From the NCBI RefSeq assembly GCF_001194135.2, contig NC_068983.1, positions 105,935,680 through 105,975,961 on the forward strand: a DNA stretch of 40,282 nt, read 5' to 3'. Source of the DNA: Octopus bimaculoides. Its lineage: Eukaryota. Of the stretch, positions 10,948 through 22,600 are shown piece after piece (position 1 is the stretch's first letter; each line of letters begins with the position of its first letter). Below the pieces are notes generated by a model. The model was not told the DNA's origin. It searched no databases and worked only from the letters and a program-made list of their open reading frames with translations. Made by a program: the position numbers and the translations under genes.

Positions 10948-11399
10948 AAAATATCACTGTTAGAAAAGCTGATCTATGACCATCTAACCAGTTGTGATAA
11001 AAGTATAAACAAACTGCGGTTGTAGCATCTACAAAAACCGATTCTTTTATTACTATAAGCACTAACTTTGCTTCACGTCACCAGTGTCTGAGATGGTTTA
11101 AAAAAAATGGAAACAAATTAAATTTCAATCAGAATTAACCTAATTAATATATTCATATAAACACTTAAGATTAATCGTTGATAATGTTATATAGCTCCAG
11201 GTCTGTAGCGTTCGAGCAGATCTATGATCAAATGAAATCCAGTCGTGACCCTTCCACCTACATATTGTATCTCCAACTAATTACTCAACGTATCCTTCAT
11301 TTTTTAAGGCTATAATTGTGATTTGACTGCTACTTGAAGGATGTGCGCGTTCAGAGTTCAAGTTTTTAGCGAATGGAGTAGGCAGCGATAAGTTGCTCA

Positions 11400-11525
11400 A
11401 AATCGAAACATTTTTATTTTTATACAACCTACAAAGGTTTATACATTAGAGCCCAAAGTGTCACTTTCATAAAAGCGTCGCTTGGGGCTGACCGCCTCTC
11501 GACCCCTCCCCTAGCTACGCTACTG
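11400..11525. mobile_element. Partial hAT-type MITE end
   Basis: Ends ctagctacgctactg (reverse complement CAGTAGCGTAGCTAG, hAT-like TIR); other end not found. Confidence 0.4.
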
Positions 11526-11799
11526 ACTTGGAATGGTCAAAACTGCATAATGCCAACCCAAGATGCATTACAAAATGTGGTGACTTCATCATAGTACTTC
11601 TGTCTTTACCTTTAACATCTCCGAAGTTGGTAATGCGAATATCAACAATATACAGACACAGCACTGAATGATGGTCCGGAGCCTCTTATAATTCGCACTA
11701 ATGTACAGGTACCTGCATTTCATTTAATTACACGGTATAACAAGAGTTTAATCTTTGTGTCTTCGGTCAGTAAGTGTGAAATCAAAGGAAATGACTATT

Positions 11800-12110
11800 A
11801 TTCCCTTCAAACTTTGCTTTTGTGACCTGGACATCAATGTTTTGAAACTGACCAATTTTCCATTACATTTCACACAGATTCAGCTCTGAGTTGTTGAAGC
11901 AGAAATATCCTTATAGCAAATATTCTGCTCAATACCACAGATTTGCTTGTCATTTGCTTGACCAACCGCTTGAGCTTGTCCCTTAAAGGCTGTCAATGTG
12001 TGCATCTATGATCATGAGCAGGAGTAGTGGGGGGAGAGCATCATAGTCATGTGTTGAAAGGGATTCTTTGGGAGTTTGAATAGATTTAACAAAAGCAAAG
12101 TTTGAAGGAA
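11800..12110. mobile_element. MITE family M (TIR cttcaaactttgcttttgt); continues at 12534-12570 after a SINE insertion
   Basis: TIRs at ~11805-11823 and ~12089-12107; two more copies at 37885-38170 and 38400-38660. Confidence 0.85.
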
Positions 12111-12112
12111 TT

Positions 12113-12321
12113 TACTCTTTTACTTGTTTCAGTCATTTGACTGTGGCCATGCTGGAGCACCGCCTTTAGTCGAGCAAATCGACTCCAGGACTTATTCTTT
12201 GGATGCCTAGTACTTATTCTATCGGTCTCTTTTGCCGAACCGCTAAGTTACGGGGACGTAAACACACCAGCATCGGTTGTCAAGCGATGTTGGGGGGACA
12301 AACACAGACACACAAACATAT

Positions 12322-12372
<51 letters not shown>

Positions 12373-12533
12373 TACGACGGGCTTCTTTCAGTTTCCGTCT
12401 ACCAAATCCACTCACAAGGCTTTGGTCGGCCCGAGGCTATAGTAGAAGACACTTGCCCAAGGTGCCACGCAGTGGGAATGAACCCGGAACCATGTGGTTG
12501 GTAAGCAAGCTACTTACCACACAGCCACTCCTG
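12113..12533 (-). mobile_element. Full-length SINE family A, inserted in MITE M
   Basis: Complete head-to-tail match to 6849-7240; flanked by gaatt duplication. Confidence 0.95.
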
Positions 12534-12744
12534 GGCTGAATTATTAGCAATTTTTCAAACTTTCTAGGGGCAAGCAAATAGGAAATAACAGTTACTACCC
12601 AACGACAAAAGTTGTGTTACACAGTGTTATTTAAGTTAATTTGATATTTAATTTAGTGGGTGTTGAACTCGGTTATCCAGAAAAGGTTTGGGAACCAAAG
12701 ATTTAGGGAAAGCTACGTTGAACCTGTTTTTTTTACTTACTTAT

Positions 12745-12815
12745 GTAGCATGGCTGAATGGTTAAGAATTTCGCTTGGCACCCGAAGGTCCCAGTTTCGA
12801 TCCCACTGCATGACA
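12745..12815 (+). mobile_element. Orphan tRNA-like SINE head
   Basis: A-box TGGCTGAATGGTTAAG, B-box GTTTCGATCCC, followed by cactgcatgacatc as in family A; no acceptor stem. Confidence 0.6.
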
Positions 12816-12851
12816 TCTTTTATCTGCCCTTGACAGTGAAACCATGTAGTT

Positions 12852-13810
12852 CAGTGTGTCAGCCAGTTTTTTTTTCTTGTGGACCCCTTCGATTCCTATT
12901 TTACTCGGATGGACCCTCCTATCTATTCGATGTTTAAAACCTTAACGTATTTTTATAAGTAAATATTAGAAAATGTATAAAACAGGTGGTTAAACTATTT
13001 TCTGTATTGTAGATGTATAACCAATTTATTGCGGATAAATTTTGGATCTTTTTGGTTTGACGGGCAACACTTGTATCACTGACGTCTATTGAGGTGAAAA
13101 CAATTACTGCCGTAACGGTGTTATGGGATCTTTTCCCTTGAATAAAATTAGTGCCGTTGTTGTCAACAACTATCGGCGGTAGTTATTTATAACATCGTTC
13201 GTGCGTTTGGGTTAGGGTTCGGGTTTTAGAGTTAGGGTTAGGGTTTTAGGGTTAGAGTTGGGGTTAGGGTTAGGGTTATGGTTATGAGTTATAGGGTTTT
13301 AGGGTTAGGGTTAGGGTTATGAGTGAGGTTATGGCAAAAATAATCATAACCCTAACCGTAACCCTAAAACTAACTTTAACTCTAAAACCGGAGCCCTAAC
13401 CCTAAAACCCTAAAGTTAAAACCAGTACAAATGCACGAACGATGTTATAAATAACAGTACCGCCGACAGTTGTTGACAAACAACGACACTAATTTTATTC
13501 AAGGGAAAAGATCCCATAACACCGTTAGAATACGTTGTTTACATTCTACGGCACTAATTGTTTTCAGCTCAATAGACGTCAGTGATTGGTTGAAATTACC
13601 GAAATACGACAACTTTTTACATGAAATAACTTCGAATACAAAAATTTTTATCTGTTCTATAACACAAAATATACAAGTATACGAAGTTTGAAAGTGTTTC
13701 GGTACCAAAAACACTACATAAAACATAAATGAAAAATGTTGCCCGTCAAACCAAAAAGATCCTAAATTTTAACTACAAAATCTTATATGGACCCCAGTTG
13801 AAAACTACTG
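12852..13810. mobile_element. Non-autonomous hAT (Charlie-like) element with internal palindrome and telomere-like repeats
   Basis: Ends cagtg... / ...ggaccccagttgaaaactactg; 8-bp TSD atgtagtt (12844-12851) / atgtaggt (13811-13818), 7/8 match. Confidence 0.85.
13209..13413. repeat. Degenerate (TTAGGG)n followed by (CCCTAA)n, head to head
   Basis: TTAGGG/TTTTAGGG/TTAGAG/TTATGG variants 13209-13333, mirrored 13345-13413. Confidence 0.95.
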
Positions 13811-13839
13811 ATGTAGGTGGAAATAGTGTGAAAGTAAGC

Positions 13840-14005
13840 ATGTTGGATGAACTGTAGTTGTAATCTGAATTTAAAGGTTCGTCCTCGTCACTCAGTGTCA
13901 CATTCAGAGTATACATGTGTAAGGAATACTCACTCTCAACCACAATGAGTAAGAAGTCAGTTGATCAGACAACTGAATACTCCTCGTCGAAAACGACAGA
14001 GATCC
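13840..14005 (+). mobile_element. Decayed SINE (Nin/Deu-domain-like)
   Basis: gttgatcagacaactgaatactcctcgtcgaaaacgacagag resembles from memory the 3' part of cephalopod Nin-domain SINEs. Confidence 0.45.
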
Positions 14006-14092
14006 ACTTACTAAACGGATTCAGCCGATTATACATCTTCACACCTCACATCTATGTATAAATATATGGGTGGGGTAAAGTGATTATATATA

Positions 14093-14133
<41 letters not shown>

Positions 14134-14714
14134 NNNNNNNNNNNNNNNNNNNNNNNNNNNNNNNNNNNNNNNNNNNNNNNNNNNNNNNNNNNNNNNNNNN
14201 NNNNNNNNNNNNNNNNNNNNNNNNNNNNNNNNNNNNNNNNNNNNNNNNNNNNNNNNNNNNNNNNNNNNNNNNNNNNNNNNNNNNNNNNNNNNNNNNNNNN
14301 NNNNNNNNNNNNNNNNNNNNNNNNNNNNNNNNNNNNNNNNNNNNNNNNNNNNNNNNNNNNNNNNNNNNNNNNNNNNNNNNNNNNNNNNNNNNNNNNNNNN
14401 NNNNNNNNNNNNNNNNNNNNNNNNNNNNNNNNNNNNNNNNNNNNNNNNNNNNNNNNNNNNNNNNNNNNNNNNNNNNNNNNNNNNNNNNNNNNNNNNNNNN
14501 NNNNNNNNNNNNNNNNNNNNNNNNNNNNNNNNNNNNNNNNNNNNNNNNNNNNNNNNNNNNNNNNNNNNNNNNNNNNNNNNNNNNNNNNNNNNNNNNNNNN
14601 NNNNNNNNNNNNNNNNNNNNNNNNNNNNNNNNNNNNNNNNNNNNNNNNNNNNNNNNNNNNNNNNNNNNNNNNNNNNNNNNNNNNNNNNNNNNNNNNNNNN
14701 NNNNNNNNNNNNNN

Positions 14715-15510
14715 CTCGGCGGGTTTTAAACTTAAAGAGCTGGAACAGATGCTTGCAATACATTTATTCCGATGCTCAACCGATTCTGGTAGTTCGCCGC
14801 TTTCAATAATAATTGTTTCTGATTTAAGCATAAGGCCAGTAATTTTGAGGGAAAGAATGTCAGTTAATATCATCGACCCGTACTTGATTCGTACAAAATT
14901 TTATTGAACCTCCCCAAAATACAGGACGAAATCGACTACATCGGGATTTGAACTCAGAACGAAAAGAGCAGGAATTACAATTGTTCTAATTTAGACATTG
15001 GTACAGCAATTTTCGGAGAGTAGATTCAATTACTTCGAACCTGTATTTGATTGGTACTTTTTTCTATCCACCCAGGAGGTATGAAAAACAAAATTGACCT
15101 CGGTATGATTTGATCTCAAAACGTAAAGAGCCGGAATTATTATTGTTGTTCTAATGTAGGAACAAAGCCAATAATTTCAGCAGAGAGAATTCAGTTATTT
15201 CGATCCAGTGATGGATTGATCCTTTATTTTATAAATCCTGGAAGGATGACAGCCGAAGTTGATCTCTGTCGAATTTCAAATCAGAACATAGTACAGCCGG
15301 AAGAAATAGCATAAGGTATTTTTCCAGCGATCTAGCGTTTCTATGAGATCGCTGCCTGAGCCGGAAAAGAAAGAAAGTAGTGATGAAGTAGCAGCAGAGT
15401 TGGAGTGTTTGTGTGAGGTACAGATATGCTGCCAGTTGTCACCACTGTTTTCCTTTCTTCTTCAATCTTCCTTTAATCTCTCTCTCTCTCCCGCACACAC
15501 AAGTACACTT

Positions 15511-15546
<36 letters not shown>

Positions 15547-15782
15547 GAAAGAGTGAGTGAGGGAGTATACATACTGGCCTCAAATTTTGGCAAGAAGCCC
15601 ACAGTTTCGAGTGTAAGTCGATTGCATCGACATCCAATGCTTTAGCGGATCGATTACATCGACTCCGAAAGGACGAAAACCAAGTTGACCACGGCAGCAT
15701 TTGAACTCAGAACGTAAAGTCGGAAGAAATACCGCTAAGTATTTTGTCCGGTGCAATACTAATTTTACCAGCTCACCGCTCT
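14715..15782 (-). mobile_element. Stack of about five decayed family B SINEs, same orientation
   Basis: Repeated atttgaactcagaacg / tcgacctcgg / aggccag..aatttt motifs at ~14715, 14830, 15000, 15160, 15575. Confidence 0.85.
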
Positions 15783-16017
15783 AAGAGAGAGTGTATCGAT
15801 TACATATATATATTTGGATCGCAGTTGATATTCAAATTCCAGATTTAAAATGCATATTTTCAAAAAGTTAATATGCGATTTCAAATATCAACAGAGTTAG
15901 AAACAAAACAAAACATTTTCTTGTCGTTTCCTGTTATATTGGTCTACAATTCTCAAATACTTAGGTTTTATACTCTGTAAATCAAACTTATTTTTTATAT
16001 TTGAATACATTTAAAAT

Positions 16018-16514
16018 CAGTGGCGGCTTGTAGATAAAATTAGCGGGGGTGCTGCTTCAGAAAATTTTTAGCCGTTGTTTTAGTATTGCGTAAATATTTT
16101 TCAAATCCTGGCAGCAACAGGATAATAATCTAATTCTACACTTCATCACATTCAAGAATATAAACATGTTTTTAAACACAACATACGCGGAGTCAAAAAG
16201 AGACACTACCTTTCGCCAGCACACCAGGCTCGGAACTGCGTGAACTACAGTACTCTCTATCCCTAGCGTGCAGCTTCCTATCTCGGACATGTGAGCATGC
16301 GCACAACAGCCAAACACAGCGTCGCTGGAACTGTGAAGCGCACAGTTCATAAACTAGGAGATGGCTACTGACATTAAGCTTAAGGATAATATAATGTACA
16401 AGTATAAAGAAAGAATTAAAAAAAAAAAGGACTCATTATATTGAATTTTATCGATAATAGATTGTAAATAGGGGGCGCTGCAGTTCTGCAGTATCTATAC
16501 ACGAGCCGCCACTG
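16018..16514. mobile_element. 497-bp MITE with CAGTGGCGGCT TIR (hAT-type)
   Basis: cagtggcggcttgt / acgagccgccactg; body closely matches 31985-32370 and left end matches 29649-29720. TSD not preserved. Confidence 0.85.
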
Positions 16515-16561
16515 AAAAATTAATAGTCATGTTCACAGGGCATAATGTATTTTAGCAGAAT

Positions 16562-16699
16562 CGTTACCGCGCCGGACAAAATGCGTAGTGGCATTTCTTC
16601 CAGGGTCGATAGAATAAGTACCAGTTGTGCACTGCGATCGATGTAATCGACTTATCCTCTCCGCCAAAATTATTGGCTTTGTGCCAAAATATGAAACCA
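16562..16699 (+). mobile_element. Family B SINE, internally deleted; further fragments 19135-19265(+), 21605-21716(-), 27045-27130(+), 27290-27355(-), 27770-27900(-)
   Basis: gggtcgat..aataagtaccagtt..cactg..gtcgat.taatcgactt core. Confidence 0.8.
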
Positions 16700-16894
16700 A
16701 TATATACTGTATGATTTTGCGTGAAATATACTTGTCTTATGGGTTTTGTTAGATACTGATAGAGCACTTTAAGTAGACCAGATTTTATATGTACAAGGGG
16801 AAACAATGAAAAAAAATTTCTATCTCCTATGATATTTGAAACAGCATACTAACATTTTGAAGATATGATTTTTAAATGACGAACTTTAAAAACG

Positions 16895-17540
16895 TTATTT
16901 AAATCTCAGGCAACTCCTGTACGATATTCATGTTCCAACCTCATTCCAGGACTTCAAAACTGTCGCTCGTTATATTTGTGCAACTGTTGAACTTGTCTGA
17001 GAAGATGCTTCTTAGAAGACGATGCAGGCTGGAATGGGAACTTGGAAGACTTCTGTTATCTAGTATTCTACAAATAAGATGAGAACTTCTATGCTACAAT
17101 TTTCTGTGCTTGTTCACCATCCAGTCTTCAGCAACTTTGACACTAGAACAGTATGGCAGATGTAATGCATTCAAGCAAAGAAGAGCCAAAAACTTTTGCC
17201 ACGCACGCTCACGTACTGATCCCAATTGAAAATATTTGCCTACAAAAATCTTGAATAATGTAGATTGCTAGCTTCAATGCGAACACTCAGTCAAGAAATT
17301 CATCATGCAACTAGCAATGAATGCAACAACTGGAGCAGTATGTCGACCAAAATGAATTAATCTTAGTTTCAGATAAAAGAAACTTCATCTAAGGTGACAT
17401 CTGATTCGAGAGGAAAAGTTTTCCTTGATGCTTTTAATGGAACAGATAAGTTGGCATGTTCTCTTCAGAACGCAAAGAAAGAAATTTGCCTATTCTAGAG
17501 CTCTTACCAAATACAACACTGCTCTACGATCAGCAAATGT
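16895..17540 (+). pseudogene. Helitron Rep/PIF1-helicase remnant
   Basis: LRQLLYDIHVPTSFQDFKTV, CFLEDDAGWNGNLED and GKVFLDAFNGTDKL (decayed FLDAPGGTGKT Walker A) occur in the order expected for Helitron helicases; stops and frameshifts. Confidence 0.8.
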
Positions 17541-18099
17541 TTTGTATTGCATATCAATTTAGATATGCTAGAAACTATATAAAGGAAAGAAGAAAGAAAA
17601 TTGGTTTTGATGTCGCGAAATAAATATCATCAATAAATACAGGCTTAAAATCCTTCACACAACATAGAAGAATTTGTTTAATTGCTATAATTTTTTCATG
17701 GTGTTCTCTTTTTTAAAATCTGTTAAACTATTGGGGGCGTATTCGTTGCTATAGCGTTTGTGGTTCTCTTTGCTTCCCTGAAGTGGCCATTTTGAACATA
17801 ATATCATTAAAAAATGGTCAAAAACCGGACACTTTTTTTAAAATCCAGGATAATGGAATGGATGCTCAAATTTCCTGAAGCCGTTTGTTGGCAAAATAAA
17901 TCGTAAACCTCATTTCCGTCATGTGAATGTGTTAAAATCCAATTTTTTCTCCGGTGTTCTGTTAATGGTGTCCGTTCATGGCAAACAATATCAAAAATAA
18001 TAGAATTAATAATAATAGTACTTCTAGTAATAGTAGTAGTAAATTTTATTATAATTTCTTCATTTGCCACAAGAGAATCAAAAGAACATTGGAAAAAAA

Positions 18100-18700
18100 A
18101 AAGGAACCAAGAGTGTTGTTATAATGAGCTATGATAAAAATATCCAGCAATGGGGGAACAGTTGCATACGTGAGACCAAAGCAATAGACATTGATCCCTA
18201 ACACAAAGGAACGTGCGTTCTCTTTGTTGCAAGCTCCAATGAGAAACCCAAGAGCTGAACTATCCATCCACAGACACTCTTCAACGTTCATAAACTTTAC
18301 AGGAGGTTAGAACTTCATGTTCCACACTCACCTGATTCAAATGACTTTGGAAGAAGACATTTAAGGGTTATTTGGAAAGGGAAACACTTCTTGACTTCAA
18401 ACATTTAGATCTCTCCCACTGCAATCCCTCTTTTGTTATAGCCACCAGGCACAAAAATACGGCTTGACCTTATTAATCAAAGCAAGGCGGCGGCAGAAAT
18501 TTCAGTATGAATCCAGTGGTAACTGATTCGTTTCACATGACCCATGCAGGTGAGTCAAGAACAGCCGACAAGAGCTTATAAGAGTTTCATCTGCTCCACC
18601 GACTCTCAAACATATTTTGTCACTCGAACTGTTGTACCTGTATATTTTGTCATCAACAGTTATTGTTTCTCTGTAGCGCTATCATGTCAAGGATTTCCAG
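18100..18700 (-). pseudogene. Decayed CR1/L2-type reverse transcriptase remnant
   Basis: HGSCETNQL, KSFES, RVSVDG*FSSW and FVLG pieces in RT order (SCETQL, KAFD, RVxVxGxxSxW, GSVLGP). Confidence 0.55.
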
Positions 18701-19289
18701 AACACTTCAGTTAAAATTGCTCTACAATGGTCTTTCTAATGTATCTTCGTCGCAGCCCAGTATAACCCAGTATAACCCACGGACCACCACAGCTCTTGCC
18801 CTCCATTAAACTCCACTGCAATATGCAAGGGGCATCAGACCACTGGCTGCACTATCCAGCCAGTGGACTACACCTGGCAATATTCCTGTGCTAAGCTTCT
18901 ATCCTTGGTATATGTTTTATCCATAATTTCTACTTTGCCAATGACATAATGTATGATGAAGCCTTCTTTACAAATGAATGTCCATATGAACTTCTTTTCA
19001 ACTGATCTTTGCAGATGCCGTAACCTCAGTGCATGAGTCCACATGAACAAACAAGCAATAATGTTTTCAAACATGTACGAATCTATATTGGTGAGTAAAT
19101 GGGATTGGATGTGTGAGTTTAGTTTATCAAACCCGGAAAGCTGAAAAACAAAATCTTGACAGGTTTTGAATTCAGAAAGTACAGACGTACAGGGTCGATG
19201 AAATAAGTACCAATTGAGCACTAACTCTTTCCCCAAAAGTTCAAGCCTTGTGCCTATTGTAGAGTTGTTATTATTATTATTATTATTGC

Positions 19290-19577
19290 CGTCGTCGTTG
19301 TGTTTGCAAAGAAAGACGTTGTTTAGGAGCTCGTAAGCTATTATTGAATTTTGTTGTTTTAAAGAGATTAATTTTGGTTTTTGTTGTGCCATTTTGTTAT
19401 TGAGCTAACCAGCATCCTCCGAGGTTAGTTGGCTTTGCGAAGTTTTCGACTCCTTGGGGGATATTTTGAAGCTTTTTAATTGAGGAGTTACATGTTTTGT
19501 TTTTTTTAAATTTAACATGGCTTCGCAAATCCAGGGCGCAGGTAGCTGTTCAAACAACTAATACTACCGATTTCCGG
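19290..19577 (-). mobile_element. Probable 5' end / ORF1 N-terminus of a LINE
   Basis: gaagccATG starts MLNLKKTKHVTPQLKSFKISPKESKTSQSQLTSEDAG*LNNKMAQQKPKLISLKQQNSIIAYELL (one stop, same frame); same strand as the RT remnant to the left. Confidence 0.35.
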
Positions 19578-19662
19578 TTAACATGCAGTTTGGCGTTGTA
19601 AAAAAGTGAAAGTAAATTGTCCTATGCAAAATTAAAGTAAATTGGGATAGAAAACGGAAGTG
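19571..19662. promoter_or_regulatory. Two ETS-like GGAA motifs (TTTCCGG 19571-19577; CGGAAGTG 19655-19662)
   Basis: Motif match only. Confidence 0.25.
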
Positions 19663-20164
19663 ACATACCAAAATTTCATAACCGCGTTTGATATTTGATA
19701 GTTGCGCTTCTTATATATGTCTCGGCAACTTCTATACTTGTAAAGTAGTCAACCATTTACTCAATTTTGTTGATTCAAATGATGACAACATCCATACACA
19801 GATTATAGAAGGGTGATGGATACTCGCCGAGAAGAAACTAAGGTGACAATGTGGGACTAGTGATGATTTATTTACATCATATCTTTATGAGCATGTGTAG
19901 CCAAACAAGTTTAGAGATGAGAAAAGCTATTCAAGAACCTTATTTCATGCATCAATGACTTATTATATAAAATATATGTACAGTATTCATGTTATATTAA
20001 ATGTACGTTCCATACATTCGCTATGTTACATGTATTATTTACATGAAATTATGGAATGTCAATGTCGTCACCTTCAGTTTCTATCGCAAATTACTTTCAC
20101 TTTGTTCGGACAATTTACTTTCATTTCATGTTAACCCAATTTCGTACTACTTTTTAGCAGAAAG

Positions 20165-20471
20165 TGTGCGAACAACAATGGAATGTCAACAACAAGACCG
20201 ACGGAAACAGTACACATGAAAAAACACGTGAAAGCATCACCACCGCCGCCAGCGCCACCACCGCCACTGCTACCAACACAAATGAAAATCAAGACACTGC
20301 AATTAACAAATCCCGAGTCACCGGTTTAGCAAACGTGGTGCTACAGGAGAACCGTCTCAAAACATTAGAAATGTTGAAAGTCTCCTCAGGAGGTCTAAGC
20401 GAAACGCAGAATTAAATCTCCCAGAATCCATCCGACACGAAACAAATTTAACATATAAAACAATAGAAACA

Positions 20472-20552
<81 letters not shown>

Positions 20553-20557
20553 AAAGA

Positions 20558-20597
<40 letters not shown>

Positions 20598-21600
20598 AAA
20601 CAGAGCAGCAAATAGAAAAGTCTTTCAGATCAATCTGGGACATCAAAACGCATATTGCTAGGGGAAAAAATTCGGCACGGCAGAGATGAAATACTTGACT
20701 GAGGATGAAACCGGGAACCACTTCCATAACAACACTAAAGACTGACGAACTGGTCCTTGTACCAATCTACGTTGACCGAAGGGTAGTAAGGATAAAGATT
20801 GACAATGTGCCCACAAGAAGTAAATGATGTTTGGTGGTGGAGGTCCTTCGACATAAAGTTCAAAACTGACATCCTGCACGTTCAGAAGCAGGAGAAACAA
20901 AATTGGTCGGGCCAAGGGATGAAGCTGTCGATCCAAACAAATGAAGAAATATGGAAACCATCCCGAACCTGATCAGTCTGCCAGGCGGTAAAAGACTGTA
21001 TGTAGTTGCTGAGGTGCGGTGACACAAACTATATTCACAAACTATATAAGGTGGCGAGCTGGTAGAAACGTTAGCACGCCGGGCGAAATGCTTAGCAGTA
21101 TTTCGTCTGCCGCTACGTTCTGAGTTCAAATTCCGCCGAGATCGACTTTGCCTTTNNNNNNNNNNNNNNNNNNNNNNNNNNNNNNNNNNNNNNNNNNNNN
21201 NNNNNNNNNNNNNNNNNNNNNNNNNNNNNNNNNNNNNNNNNNNATCCTTTCGGGGTCGATTAAATAAGTACCAGTTACGCACTGGGGTCGGTATAATCGA
21301 CTTAATCCGTTTGTCTGTCCTTGTTTGTCCCCTCTATGTTTAGCCCCTTGTGGGCAATAAAGAAATAACAAACTATATTCACAACAAAGGCGGGAAGAAG
21401 AAAGAACCCAACTTCTGCCGACATCACCACAACAACAACACCCAACTACATGAATAGCAAGAACACCAACGACGGAGTGCAGCCACAGCAGTTACGCTAA
21501 AAGCAGCAGCAGTCGTAAGAGCAACAGCTGCGTCGTCATCAGAAACAATGACAACAACAGAAATATAACAAACAGTAGAAACAACAGCAATAACAATCAG
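20165..21600 (+). pseudogene. Decayed L1/Tx1-like non-LTR ORF1, split by (GA)n (20475-20592) and a SINE
   Basis: LPESIRHETNLTYKTIETN[(GA)n]KTEQQIEKSFRSIWDIKTHIARG, LVLVPIYVDRRVVRIKIDNVP (RRM-like) and METIPNLISLPGGKRLYVVAEVR (pre-zinc-knuckle motif), with frameshifts. Confidence 0.6.
21049..21367 (+). mobile_element. Young full-length family B SINE (octopus OK-type) with 17-bp TSD
   Basis: ggtggcgagctggtagaaacgttagc...ggttc-like ctgagttcaaattcc...ggcaataaagaaata; TSD acaaactatattcacaa at 21024-21040 and 21368-21384. Confidence 0.95.
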
Positions 21601-22574
21601 AGTCATGCTTTCTGCTATAGGCACAGGGCCTGAAATTTGTGGGGAGAGAGCTGGTCGATTACAACAATCCCATTATTTACATTATTTACATTTGACGGAT
21701 ATTTGTCCTCATCTTGNNNNNNNNNNNNNNNNNNNNNNNNNNNNNNNNNNNNNNNNNNNNNNNNNNNNNNNNNNNNNNNNNNNNNNNNNNNNNNNNNNNN
21801 NNNNNNNNNNNNNNNNACCATGTGTGGAGTGAAAGAGAAAGTTGGGGGAGAATGAAAGCTCTTAGTTTAGGACGTAATCACATGCAGGGCTGATTGGATC
21901 TGATTTCATTGTCAGCTGAACGAATAGTGAGCAATATTTTAAATTGCTGATGATAACAACGAAGGCGCTGAGAAGAAGTGATAGGAAGAGCAGGAGGATA
22001 AAAGTAATGATGATGATGACCATGTTATACTAGAGGCTAAAACACACGTAAATAACAATTGAATGTCTTGGTGGTTGACCGTCAGATCGGCTTTTAGCAG
22101 TAGAAGTGATTACGAGGTGGAGATAATAAAATGATTTTCAAATGAGGTATGCAGTCTTAGGCAAGTACAATTACGTCTCGTATTTAAGGAATACATACAA
22201 TTCATATGATAGATACTTTTAAACCACTGCGCAATTCAACGATAGCGGTAATTTCGTAACACCTACGGTTACTGTGAAATATTTTCTGTCCTGTATCGAC
22301 TTGGCCTTTCATTCATCCAGAGCCACATATCTTACTTGTAGATTATCATTGGGTCTCGTCGGTGATATTTAGTTTGTCGATCAACTGATTCCTTACTTAC
22401 GAATGGAACGTTTAAATGGTCGACTGTTCTGCTGACGCTATACTGCAACAACACTAATGATTTAATTTCAAGTAGAATCAGCGAGAAAACTTTATCTCAG
22501 CAAAACGTATCACAAAGCTGTCATGCATGCCCGTAAGGCCAGAATACTTTTCTTTCTCATTTACCTATCCACAG

Positions 22575-22600
22575 GATTCGTAAAAGCTGGGTCCAGAAGG
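22575..22600 (+). CDS. Candidate 26-nt micro-exon
   Basis: Acceptor ttttctttctcatttacctatccacag, donor AGG|gtaaga; open as GFVKAGSRR or RIRKSWVQK. Confidence 0.4.

Noticed and set aside
12745-12815. Functional tRNA gene
   Set aside because: A/B boxes present but no acceptor stem; 3' sequence matches the SINE A head.
13209-13413. Ancestral telomere-telomere chromosome fusion site
   Set aside because: The repeats sit inside mirrored arms and a hAT element with an 8-bp TSD, and a related copy lies 18 kb away.
21156-21243. 88-nt gap inside the young SINE as a possible insertion
   Set aside because: Flanks join almost seamlessly to the family core (gccttt-c-atcctttc), so the gap size is probably a scaffolding artefact.
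22401-22442. 42-nt minus-strand exon-like unit (YSVSRTVDHLNVPF); also 27980-28011
   Set aside because: Isolated, with weak acceptor tracts; such matches are expected by chance in 40 kb of AT-rich DNA.
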